Positions 9,330-21,100 of a stretch of DNA of 64,000 bases are shown here, in pieces. The DNA is taken from contig URAF01000005.1 of NCBI GenBank assembly GCA_900545885.1, forward strand, positions 53,659 through 117,658, written 5' to 3'. Position 1 is the stretch's first letter. The number at the start of each line of letters is the position of its first letter. This DNA comes from an uncultured Eubacteriales bacterium. Its GTDB lineage: Bacteria > Bacillota > Clostridia > Christensenellales > CAG-917. Position numbers and translations under genes: made by a program. Under the pieces are notes generated by a model. That model had not been told where the DNA came from, did no database searches, and saw nothing but the letters and a program-made list of their open reading frames with translations.

Positions 9330-10976
9330 ATGGAACTGTACCAAAGATTTTTGACCGAAAACGTTGACAAAAACGGGATGCTCCAAAGCGTTGACTTTCA
9401 TGCTCCCGACAACTTCAATTTCGGCTTCGACGTGGTCGACTACTACGGCACCGAGGAGCCGGATAGAAGAGCCATGATTTGGGTGTCCAACGAGGGAGAA
9501 GAAAAAGTTTTCACCTTCGGGGATATGATGCGCAAATCCGCACAGACGGCTAACTATCTCAGAGCCCTCGGCATTATTAAGGGGGACAGAGTCCTGCTCG
9601 TCCTCCGCCGTCACTGGGAATTCTGGCCGATTATCGTCGCTCTTCACAAAATCGGTGCGATATGCATACCCGCAACCGACCAGCTGAAAGAGAAAGACTT
9701 TGTGTACCGCTTCGACGCCGCGGGCGTAAAAGCCATTATCTGCACGGCGTCGGGGAAGGTTTCCGATGAGGCGGAAGCAGCGATAAAACGTTGCCCGCAA
9801 GTTGAAATCAAAATCATTGCAAACGGTACGAAGGAAGGGTGGCGTTGTTACAACAGCGAAGTCGAAGGTTACTCCGACGTTTATCCCCGTCCTACGGACG
9901 ACAGTTGTCCCATGCGCGACGAACTGATGCTGATGTACTTTACGTCAGGTACTACCGCATATCCGAAAATCGCGGCGCACGAACATACTTACGCGCTTGC
10001 GCATTTCCTCACCGCAAAATGGTGGCATAACGTTCGCAAAGACGGTATCCATTTCACGGTTGCGGAAACCGGTTGGGGCAAAGCAGTATGGGGTAAACTG
10101 TACGGTCAGTGGCTGTGCGGGGCGTGCGTGTTTACGTACGACTTTGAGAAGTTCGACCAGGAAAAACTGCTCGGTATGATTGAGAAGTACCGCATTACGA
10201 CTTTCTGTGCACCGCCTACGATTTACCGTTTTATGATCAAAGCCGACCTCAGCAAACACGACCTCAGTTCGCTTGAGTATATAACCACGGCGGGCGAAGC
10301 CGTCAACCCCGAGGTGTTCAATCAACTTAAAGCGGCAACAGGACATACATTGATGGAAGGATTCGGTCAGACCGAAACGACACTGACCATTGCCAACCTC
10401 AAAGGTATGATTCCGAAGCCGGGCAGTATGGGTAAGCCCACGCCTATTTACAAACTGAAACTCGTGGATGCAAACGGAAACGACACGCCTATGGGAGAAG
10501 CGGGCGAAATCTGCATCGATATAAGCGAGGGCAGACCTTACGGACTGTTCCGTGAATATTATCGCGACCCCGAAAATACGGCGAAAGTCATGCACGACGG
10601 ATTGTATCATACGGGCGATATGGCATATCAGGACGAGGACGGCTATTTGTTTTTTGTCGGTCGTACTGACGACATCATCAAGTCGAGCGGATACCGCATC
10701 GGACCGTTTGAAATCGAAAGCGTGCTTATGGAACATCCCGCCGTTCTGGAATGCGCGGTCACGGGCGTGCCCGACCCGACGAGAGGGCAGGTTGTAAAAG
10801 CAACGATTGTTCTGACCAAAGGTTATACAGCGAGCGACGAACTCAAAACGGAAATTCAGCAGTTTGTCAAACGGCTTACTGCACCGTATAAATATCCCAG
10901 GGTAATCGATTTTGTGTCGGAATTGCCGAAAACGATATCCGGAAAGATAAGAAGAACGGAACTCAGAAGCAAATGA
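9330..10976 (+). CDS. AMP-forming acyl-CoA synthetase (medium-chain/ACSM-like)
   Basis: 548 aa from ATG 9330. AMP-binding motifs present: YFTSGTTAYPK, GEICI, YHTGDMAY, and C-terminal PKTISGKIRR. Confidence 0.85.
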   Translation: MELYQRFLTENVDKNGMLQSVDFHAPDNFNFGFDVVDYYGTEEPDRRAMIWVSNEGEEKVFTFGDMMRKSAQTANYLRALGIIKGDRVLLVLRRHWEFWPIIVALHKIGAICIPATDQLKEKDFVYRFDAAGVKAIICTASGKVSDEAEAAIKRCPQVEIKIIANGTKEGWRCYNSEVEGYSDVYPRPTDDSCPMRDELMLMYFTSGTTAYPKIAAHEHTYALAHFLTAKWWHNVRKDGIHFTVAETGWGKAVWGKLYGQWLCGACVFTYDFEKFDQEKLLGMIEKYRITTFCAPPTIYRFMIKADLSKHDLSSLEYITTAGEAVNPEVFNQLKAATGHTLMEGFGQTETTLTIANLKGMIPKPGSMGKPTPIYKLKLVDANGNDTPMGEAGEICIDISEGRPYGLFREYYRDPENTAKVMHDGLYHTGDMAYQDEDGYLFFVGRTDDIIKSSGYRIGPFEIESVLMEHPAVLECAVTGVPDPTRGQVVKATIVLTKGYTASDELKTEIQQFVKRLTAPYKYPRVIDFVSELPKTISGKIRRTELRSK

Positions 10977-10980
10977 AAAT

Positions 10981-11011
10981 AAGCGGCAAGAAATTGCCGC
11001 TTTATTTTTTT
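10981..11011 (+). terminator. intrinsic terminator
   Basis: Stem AAGCGGCAA / TTGCCGCTT, followed by TATTTTTTT. Confidence 0.85.
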
Positions 11012-11012
11012 C

Positions 11013-11071
11013 TGCATTGGGGACGGAGCAAAAGTGCAAAAATTATGCAAAATAGCTCCGTCCCCAATGCA
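11013..11071. repeat. left 59-bp hairpin repeat (17-bp stem, 25-nt loop)
   Basis: TGCATTGGGGACGGAGC (11013-11029) pairs perfectly with GCTCCGTCCCCAATGCA (11055-11071). Confidence 0.9.
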
Positions 11072-11079
11072 TAAAAATG

Positions 11080-11108
11080 TTGACTTGGAGAGGAAAAGAA
11101 AATATAAT
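11080..11108 (+). promoter_or_regulatory. sigma-70-type promoter of the transposase gene
   Basis: TTGACT (11080-11085), 17 nt spacer, TATAAT (11103-11108). Confidence 0.7.
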
Positions 11109-11126
11109 GTAGTAAAGAGGTGGATT

Positions 11127-11888
11127 ATGTCGAGAATTGCAAGAAAAGATTGTCAGAGCAGTTGTTTTCACATCATTGTTCAAGGTTTGGACAAGGAAAA
11201 TATTTTCAGTAGCGGCAGGATGAAAAGAGAGTACCTTGCCGATATCGAAAAGTTCAAAGACGAGCACGGTGTGAAGGTTCTGGGGTACTGCGTGATGAAC
11301 AATCATTGCCATCTTGTTCTGTTTTGCGAAAATATTGAAGAACTCGGAAATTTCATGAGAAGGGTGAACGGAAGATTTGCCCAGTTTTATAATTATACCA
11401 ATAACAGAACAGGGTATGTCTTCAGAGACCGTTTCAGAAGTCAGGCAATTACCAACGACGAATATATGACAAATTGCTTGGTTTATGTGCACAATAATCC
11501 TGTTAAAGCTGCGATTGTGTCAGATTGTGAAGATTATGCGTATTCAAGTATGCGCTGTTACACCGAAAGACACGGGCTTGTTGATTTCGATGCCGCGGCT
11601 AAGTTTTTTGATGTAGATGCAGAAAACGTAAGGGCGATTATGGAAGAAAAGTCTGCGGCTTGCGATATAGATTGTCCCGAGTGGGCGGACATCAAGGAAG
11701 AAACGGACAGACAAGAAATGATTGAAAAAGTCCTTAGACGGAACGGATACAATGCGGCGTTTTTCAAGAAGGATACGGAGCGTTTTGCGAAATTGGTGAG
11801 GGAGCTGAAAGAGTGTGGAATGTCGCAGACGGAAATTGCTGCGGCGCTGAACGTCGGAAGGGGAAGAGTGCAGTACGCGTTGAAATGA
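11127..11888 (+). CDS. HUH (Y1) tyrosine transposase, RAYT/IS200 superfamily, with C-terminal HTH tail
   Basis: 253 aa from ATG 11127, with SD AAAGAGGTGG. The HUH motif is HCH in VMNNHCHLVLF. The catalytic-Tyr block is LVYVHNNPVKAAIV. The C-terminal HTH-like segment is MSQTEIAAALNVGRGRVQYAL. Confidence 0.8.
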   Translation: MSRIARKDCQSSCFHIIVQGLDKENIFSSGRMKREYLADIEKFKDEHGVKVLGYCVMNNHCHLVLFCENIEELGNFMRRVNGRFAQFYNYTNNRTGYVFRDRFRSQAITNDEYMTNCLVYVHNNPVKAAIVSDCEDYAYSSMRCYTERHGLVDFDAAAKFFDVDAENVRAIMEEKSAACDIDCPEWADIKEETDRQEMIEKVLRRNGYNAAFFKKDTERFAKLVRELKECGMSQTEIAAALNVGRGRVQYALK

Positions 11889-11893
11889 TTTTA

Positions 11894-11952
11894 TGCAATG
11901 GGGACGGAGCAAAAGTGCAGAAATAATGCAAATTTGCTCCGTCCCTAATGCA
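11894..11952. repeat. right 59-bp hairpin repeat
   Basis: TGCAATGGGGACGGAGC (11894-11910) / GCTCCGTCCCTAATGCA (11936-11952). There are 6 differences to the left copy, 2 of them in the stem. Confidence 0.9.
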
Positions 11953-12131
11953 GGAAAATGGGAAGATTAAAGAGAACTTAACTGTAATTAACACTTTACG
12001 AATAGAAAAAAAGCAATGATAATATAAATATGCATATAGTTTTGCTCGCATAGCGTACGCGCGTGTAAGCGTAAAGGGGCGTGCGCGAGAGCGCGGGCAA
12101 ATGGGAAGAAAGGCTATCAAGAGGTGGGATT

Positions 12132-15100
12132 ATGAGAAACAACCGAAACAGCTCGAGAAACTTCTTTGTCAACTTTGTGCGCTTCGGCATGCTGGCGATG
12201 TGTTTCGCCCTTGTGTTTGCGCTGGTTCTGAGCGGCGGTATTTTTGATTTGGGTTCGTCTTCCGACGGCATAGCTTTAGCTGTCGATAACGGCGGAAAAA
12301 CATTGGCGGTGCCTTCACCTGCTAATGCTGATGCCAATTATTTTGGCATGACCGATCATACAAAAAGTTCATGGACGGGAACCGTTAATTTCAACCAAAC
12401 TAAATTTGACGCAAGCAATGTCAGTGGACATGTTCATGGCGAAACCGGTGTAACCTCAACAGTTCGAAGTTATGGAACGGGAAGTGTCGAGTTGGGAAGT
12501 TCTGACTATATTACTGTTGCACCCTATGTTAATGCAGGCGCAATCAATGTTGATTTGTCAGGGTTTGTCGGCACCATGTTGCAAAATTCAAACATTGAGG
12601 TCGATGTTACTGTAAATGCGGAAGTTTATAAGGGATATGTTGGCAACTGGTCTGGACTTGGTGCATATGCAACAAATGAAGTTTATGACGCAGAAACCAT
12701 GTGGGGAAAAACCGCAAGCAACAATGTAGTTATTGGTTATGAAACTTGTGTTGGTGGTGGCGGAGACGAAAAATGGACGGCAAGAACGGCAACAACAACT
12801 TTGAAAGGAGATTATAAAAATCTGCTTATTGTTTTTGCAATGCGTGGCACAAGTTCTATGTGGTTCTCGTATCGTGCAGAAACTGGTATTAGAAATATTT
12901 CGGTTACTTATACTGTCCGCGTTGTTGGTATTTCTGAAAATGCAAATACGACAATTTCTGACGGTGCTGCTCCTCGAATTGAGTCTTTCGGAGAGACAGT
13001 GCCTTACCGTACATCCGCGGACGCAAGCGATTGGACGGTTAAGCCTAATACGGGAAACAGTGAAATTGACTCGGCAATCAGAAAGCAACTCGAAGGTGCT
13101 GTCGATACAGAACTCGATGTTGATGTGCTTGCCACAGGCGGTACTGTTAATCTTAAATCCTATACCAGTCAAAAATTGACGGTATCGGGTATTCCCGGTG
13201 ACATTTACAAAAAAACCACGTTGAATTTCAACGATTATATGAATTATTTCAATTTGGGTGAAGTGTCTTCCGATGTCAATCCAAATCTTGCTGCAGGTAT
13301 TAAGCAGATAGATATCGGCGAAACCGTAATTAACCTTTATGAAAGTACATTAGAAAAACAGATTGTTGTAGATGAAGAAGTCGTAGGTTATGCGAAGATA
13401 GTAAAAACTTCTCGTTCAAAGGTTCAGTTGCAGATGTATTTCTACAAAAATGCAACATTCAATGTCAGACTTGTGGACTACGGCGGATCTTCGATGACGT
13501 TGAAGTACACTGTTTCTGGCATAGATACTGCAGCTCCAGACAGTTCTGCTATCGACTTTTTGCTTTCGGCGGATAATTTCGTCGGAAAGCTGGCGGCGGA
13601 AGGAAATAATTTCTCACTTACAAACTGGTTTACAAACAGCAGATTGGCAGAAGTCATGGAGGGTATTAAAACCAGTGAAGACGAAGTTATCGATGCGTCC
13701 GGCGCAACTCCTTACCTTTGGTATTACGATGTCAAATACTCCCAAAATTTGACTTCTGATTTCTTTACACTGACACCTCCCGACGGTTTTGAATACACGT
13801 CGGCTTATTTTGCAAGCAAGGTGCCAGCTGCTGTATATTCTATCGGCGATTTCAGTTATGACTTTGCTAACGGCGGAATTTACAGAACCGGAGTTCAGCC
13901 TATAAGCGGCAATGCTCCCAAGGGTGCAGGTTACTACATATTCACTTTTTATATGATGGATTTCTCCGGAAACGTTTATCAGGGGAATGCTTCTTACTAT
14001 GTGAAGGTTGATAACGTTGCGCCTGAAAACACCGTTACCGTAAATGCGGGTGACATTCAAATTGTTCCTTCTTCTCCTGCAGAGGGTCAGCTTGCCAACG
14101 GAAGTTGGGTAAACCAGAACATTACTGCGACGGTTGCCTGGAATATGAACATTTCCGGCAATAAGATTTCGTTTGAATACAACGGCGACACTTACGTCGT
14201 GTATTTCCGCGCAGACGGTGATACTTATAAAGTCGCAAAAATAACCAAAAACAATTCCGACGTGTCGGATTGGGACAGCGGTAACTCTTACACCGTTAAA
14301 GACGGTGAAACCGAACTGTTCACCTTCAATTTCTCCGAAAGCGGCGGAAAAGGTACGTTTGCCATAACGTTCACGGGCTATGACGCCGCAGAAAAAGCAT
14401 ACTTGCTCGATACAACCGTTTTGTTTACGGTTCTTAACGACGGCGACAACGACGACGGCGAAACCGGTCTTTCCAGATTCGATTCGAGTTGGACTTTCGG
14501 CGGTGTTGGCAACATCGCAATCCGCATTGACAAGGTTGCTCCCGCGAATCCCGTTCTCACCACGGACAATTCCGACGAAATGACGGATAACAAGTTCGTG
14601 AATATTGATTCCAACGGAAATCTTTATGTGCCTGAAAACAGAAACTGGTTCAACTCCGCTTGGGACGTTTACGCGTTTCTGCGACTTGCGGGCGATGTTG
14701 ACGTAACAGCGAACGAATTTGCAACTCTGCAACTTTGGGTAAAAAATTATACCGACATTGCGGAACTCGAAAAAGTTAATTTGAGAGTTTTGTTTGAAAC
14801 GGAAATGCTCAACGCAGAAGGTAAATCATGGGATTATTCCAAGACGTATGGTGTTGAAGATATTCTCGACAACAACGTTTATATCGATTTCAAAGAAACG
14901 GCAGGTGAAACCGCGGGTCTGCGCGTCGTGTTCGTACAGCTTACGGACGCCGCAGGCAACAAGAGTGCGGTGCAGGCGTTTGTCATTCTGGTTGACGCAA
15001 ATGTCTACACGCTCAATGCCGAAGTTGCCGAGGAATATTTCGATTTAATCGACGGTATCGGTAACGTAAACTTCAGATACACCAACACCAGCGGCAACAC

Positions 15101-18100
15101 ACAGACCGAATTCAGACGCGGCGAATGGTCTCGTCTCGAAATTACGGGACTTGACGCCAAGTACGTTCCTTATCAGATTTACAAGGACAATTTCAACGAA
15201 CCGCAATCGTTGATGTACAGTAACGAAACCACGACGAAAGAGTTCTTTACCGAAGCAATTCGCGAAGGCTTGCTTAATTATGTCAGAGTAAACGGACAAA
15301 ATGCGAACATTATCGAAATGGCGATTGACCGCAGCGACTCTATTGCGGCGTTGCCTTTCGGTGAGGGTTATGCAAAACTCTGGATTTCCTTCCGCGAAGT
15401 AGTCACGTACGAGCCCACAAGCACCAACGTTGAGTATACGGGCAAAGAAACTGTGGTTCCGTTCACTGTATCTAACGAAAAGGCACGCGATTTGGTGAAA
15501 ATCGTTTGGGAAAACGAAAGTGTGCCTGTGACGGTCGGCACGTACGGTTTGTATCTCGAACTCGATACAACGCACGAGCTGTCCAAGTTCTACGTGGGCG
15601 ATAGAACAGATATAATAGCTTATAATATTATACCTGGTAACATTATTATTACCGCGCACGGAACGTCCGTGTACGGGTCGAAAATAAATATAACCGTGGA
15701 TATAGACAAACCCGAGGGCGTGGAACTGACTTCGGGCATGTTCGGCGTCGACAGCGTCGAGGCATTCCCGTTTGTCGGCAACTACAATCTCAAAAAAGTC
15801 GAGGATTACGAGTTTGTCAATCCGGATGACGCGAAAAACTATAAAATCACTTATATTCTCGGTGTATATACCGTAACTCCCAGAAATCTCGAAATTACCT
15901 TCCTCGGCGCGACAAAAGCGTACGGTAATGTTGACCCGAAGATTTCGTTCAGTTTTGCAAAAGGAGATTATCAGGGCTCGTTTGCCGGAATATTCTCCGG
16001 CGAGGGGGTTACATACAAAGAGGACGGAGACAGACTGATTGTCACCGTTCCCGCTTCCGCTGTAACGCGCGAAAGAGACTTCAACGAGTTCGGTTACGAA
16101 AACGCGGGCAAATACGCATATAAGGGTATTTCTACTTCCGCCATCGGTCTCAACAAGAACTTCACGATGTCTATGGCTCTTTCGGGACACGGCGTGTTCG
16201 AAATTACAAAACGTCCGATTACCGTAACTCCCGTTGTTGACCAGGTTCTTTATTCGCTCGACGCGAAAGTGGCATACAAACTCGCCGAACAGGACGCGGC
16301 ATTTGCGCCTCAACTTGCGGGATTGTTCCTTGCGGTAGGCGATAAAGTAGGTTCGGAAGGCAACACTTATCAGATTGCTCTCGGCGACCTTTCTGTGCTT
16401 GATAACTTTGTAGTCAGCGTTGCCACAGGTTATACGGTAACGGTTGTTCTCGACGACGGCGGCAACGTCATCAATCTTACCTTCAAGGATAAAGAACTGT
16501 TGCAAATCCTCTTCGGCGACGTGTTCGATATCAGCGTGCTTACTAATCTTAACAACTACGATCCCAAAGGTGTCGGCGTTGACTTTACGCTCAAACTCGG
16601 TGCGGAAGTGGTCGGATACGATTTCGGCGCGGACAAGTTTACGAACGGTGCAGGCGCGTATGCAATCAGAGTGTACGTCGAGAGCTACAAGGACAAGACA
16701 GGCGCAGACGTCAAAGACAAATATAATTTCGTGTTCAAGGATTGCGAATATTTGTTTGTCAATCCCGCAACCGTAACCGTCACGCCCGTACTTGAAAACA
16801 ACAAGAAGATTTACGGCGACATCGACAACTGGAACTTTGCGTTCACGTTCTCCGGTGCGCTCGTCGATGCGGGTTATATGCCCGAATCCAACCAGGTCGG
16901 CGGCAAAATCGTGCGTGCCCTGTATCGTGCAGACGGAACGTTCGTGCAGATTGGCGGACAGTTTGACCGCGCAAACGATCTGGACGGCAACATTACCGCA
17001 CAGGGTCACTACTACGGCGCGTACGTGCTCGAAACCCTGTATTCTTCCGACCCCAACATCGTGCTCGAACTTGACAAAGAAGCGTTTGACGCGTTGCGTT
17101 TCACCGTTTCGCCCAGACCTATCAATGTGAACGATGCAGTGTTTACGGGTAAGGACAAGAACAACGACGGAACGAGCTATGTTGTCTATAAAGGCGAGAA
17201 CGAAAAACGTACCGCAATCAACATCGGCAGGCTTATCGCAAGAATTACCGACGACGTCTGGGTCGATTTCGTTGCAAACTACGTTGACGGAAACGGCGCT
17301 GAACAGGCGGGTCAGGGTAGCTGGAACATCAACTTCCACGATTTCGTCCTCAAAGGCGACGACGCGCGCAACTATATTCTTACGGGAGACGCAAACGTTG
17401 TTCTTACGGGCGCGTTCAAGATCAACGGCACCACGGTTGCCGAAATTACAATCACCAAGAACGATTTCAGCGTGAACAAGGTTTACGACGGTACGTCTTC
17501 CATGACTATCGACGATATCGACATCGCGCTCAGTTCTCCTCTTTGCGGTCTCAACGTGGTCTTCTCCAAGGGTAGCTTCGGCACCAAGGACGCAGGCGTT
17601 GACATCTCGGTCGGTTCTATTACGCTCATCGTAAAAGGCGTTGTCGGCATCAAGACGCAGGATACCGACATCTCAATCACCGACGACGGCAAAGACAGCA
17701 CAATTACAATCAACAACGTATTTGCGGCAATTCAACCCCGTACGATTGACCTCGACGAAGTCATTCTGCAAATTCCGTCCGAACGCAACTACAACGGCAC
17801 TAACGAAGTCGCGATAGGTTATATGCTTTCGGGCAACGTCTTGCAGACGGGCGACAGCATCGAAACTCTCGGAGCGAAGTTCCCCGCTACCGTTCCTTCC
17901 AAGGACGTTCAGGGCGACAAAGAAAACCCCAAAGCACAGGATATTACGTTCGGTGAACCTACTTTGGCGACGGGCAACTACGCGTTCGGTTTCACCGCTG
18001 ACGACATCAATGCGGCGTATGCGGACGTAACTCTTACCATTATCCCCGCAGACATCTCGCTTGACATCATCGCGGCAGGCAAAACCTATTTCGGAAGTGC

Positions 18101-21100
18101 GGGACTTGTTTACGGCGCGGATATCACCGTCAATGGCATTAAGGTCAACTCCGAACCTATCGTAGGTTGGGGCGATACCGATAACGTTACCGTAAACGGT
18201 CAGGACAGCGCGACTTACACCCTGTGGAACCAGAGTACGGACAAAGAAGATTTCTACGTACAACTCGGTGCGGACGGCAACGTCAGACTCCACGACCTCA
18301 AAGTTACGGGACTTGACATCGAAATCACTGGTAATCCCGTCAACTATAACCTTACGATAAACGACAGCAACGAGTACGTATTCGGTGAGATATTCCCGCT
18401 CAATCCCGTCAAGGTCAGCATCACGCTCAACGATCTCTCCGTAAAAGACAAGGTTTATGACGGTACTATCGATGCGGAACTCAACGATGTCGACCTCGGA
18501 AATTACGGCGTGACCTTCAACCAGGACAAAGATTATCTGTCCCTCGGTTATAAGGCACAGTTCAACACCAACAATCCCAACGTTCAGAAAGGTGTGGACG
18601 TCAAAATCAGTTCCGTTAAACTCGTAAGTGAGAACGCGGGATTGCTCGCAAGCTACTATATCGACATCGCAAGCCTTACCTGTACGCTCAAAGCGGCAGG
18701 CAACATCGTTGCGGCTCCTCTTGCAGTCGACTTCGACCTCTCCAAGACTTACGACGGAAACGTGTTCGAAAACGTGTCCGTGAAGTATACGCTCAGCGGA
18801 TATGCACAGACTGCCGACCAGAGCGGATATTCCGTCAACTTCGTCACGGGTGCCTTCGATGACCCCAATGTCGCGAAGGACATCAACGGAGATTTGACCA
18901 CCGTAAGCGGCAAGGTGTTCGGTTTCGAACTCGTCAGAAACAACGGCGTAAACAACTACAGACTGGTCTTTGCGTCTACAACCGATAATCTCCAAGGCTA
19001 TATCAAAGTTGCGGAAACGGGCAGTCTGCCTGCGACCGACGATCAGAGTAGACCGCTTTACTACTATGAGTTCAACGCAGCAACCGATCGTATAGTCATA
19101 AAAGAAGCAGATTGGAACGCGTTCACTGACGAAGAGAAAAAGACTGAGGAAGGCAAAGCAGTCAACATCGTTGCGGCATATGTTGAAGGTGACGTTAAAT
19201 ATTATGTGCTCGACGGTACGCCCACAGGCGGAATGACGTCCACCAAGTCCCTGAACGAAAGCGGCGCGGACGGCATAATCGAACCCGCACTCATCTCTTA
19301 CACCGTAAACGTCAATCCCGCAACGGCGGAAAGAGACCCCTTCAAGAAGGTCTTTGACGACAGCAATGCGACAATCAAAGCAGATGCGGAAGGCGGCAAC
19401 GGCTGGTATTACGGCGGTCGCGGTGCGGAAGGCAACGACTTCGAATTCGTGCTCGGCGGCGAATACGGCTTCGAAATCAAAGATTTCTCCGTATACTATG
19501 AATCTTCTGCAGTCGGCAACGGCGTGAACGTGGTGTTCAGAATAGATTCGTTTGAGATAATCGGTGGAGGTTCTATCGAAATCGGCGAATCCAACAACTT
19601 CACGTTGCTCGGTGGTGAAGGCTACAAGAAAGCGGTCGGTACAATTACGGCAAAATCCGTTGACGTGGCGTTCGGAAATGTCAAGGAAGACGGCAAAGTC
19701 CACTTCACATACGGCGACACTCACGAATATACTTACACCTATACCACCGGTGGTAAGGAAATCAAACTTGCAAAAGACGCCGACGGTAAGACTTACGGGT
19801 ATGTTGCGGTAGCCGATTACACGGCGGCAGGTTTTGCGGCAACCGATTACACGGGCAGACGCTACAACATCAACGAAGAAACGGGTGCATTTGAACTCAA
19901 CGAAGAAGGCGCATACATCCGCATAGCCGGTACGTTCGGCGATATTGCTCCTGCAAACGAAGCATCCATCGTCAACGCAGGCGAATATGAAGTCAACAAT
20001 GTAAGCGGCAAAGCAGACAACTTCACCTACGCGTTTGTGGCGGGTACGGTGGTAGTTGACAAAGCGGCGCTCACTGTCGGTGTAAGCAACGAGAAACTTC
20101 AAAAGGAATTTGCCTCTTCCGTCTATCCCGACCTTGCATTCGTAATTTCTACGGGTGAAATCAAAGCCCCCGATACGGAAGCTCAAATTCTCGCAGAGTT
20201 GAAGAAAGGCGCCAAGTACTTTATCTTTACGGCGGAAGGCGTCAAGGGCGGTGCGGTCGTTGACAGGTCTATGATAAGTGCAGACCTCGAAGGCGGTGCG
20301 TATTACGCACTCGACGTAGAAGGTGCGCTTCAAAACTACGACGTCAAACTTGACAAGACTTATACGCTCGACATCGTTCTTCCCGAACTCACGGGACTCT
20401 CGACTGCCTCCGGTGTGTTCGAAAAGACTTACGACGGCATAGCGGTTGACGACGCGAATGCGTTTGCTGCGAAGTACATCAAGGGAACGCAGTCCGGTGA
20501 TACGTTCTCGCTTGCATGGGCTGGCGGCACGGTCGCGAAGAATGCGGGAGATTACAACTGGACTATCACCGTAACCCGCAGCCTCGGCAAAGATGCAACC
20601 GATGCGAAAGAGTACACCATAAGCGCAACGATAAGCGGCGAATATGCAGTTCTGAAACGCAACGCAACTCTTACTACAAACGAGAAGTATGACTTCACTT
20701 ACGACAAGACGGACAAGAAACTCGACGAAAGCCAGTTCGTAGTGTTTGGAGCCGTTAATGGTGAAGATGTTGCGTCGGCAATCAAGGTTTCCTACAAATA
20801 CGGCGACGTCGTAACCGACGTGATGCGCGACGCAAAGACTTACGGTGTGATTGCGGAAATAACCGACGCCACCATGGCAGGCAACTACAACCTCATCAAC
20901 GGTATCGGCAACGTAACCGTCAAGAAAGCAAACATCACGGTTGCAGTCAATCCCGAATCCAAGTATCAGTATGTAACGGGCGGCACTACAATTAACCCCG
21001 CACATATCGATTTCACGGTTCCCGAAGGATTTGACAAAGCCGACTTCACCGTCAAGTACACAGCATCTTCTACGGGCACGGTGTCTTCCGTCAACGAACC

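Larger units (their letters stand above)
11013..11952 (+). mobile_element. RAYT/IS200-like unit: hairpin repeat, promoter, HUH transposase, hairpin repeat
   Basis: Two 59-bp palindromic repeats (53/59 identical, same orientation) bracket a Y1/HUH transposase gene. Local GC is lower than in the flanks (23/60 in line 11161-11220). Confidence 0.7.

Noticed and set aside
13209-13215. An A7 homopolymer inside the giant gene, considered as a phase-variation slippage tract.
   Set aside because: Seven residues is short for efficient slipped-strand switching. It lies in an already A/T-rich stretch, and no longer tract is present near the start or the promoter.
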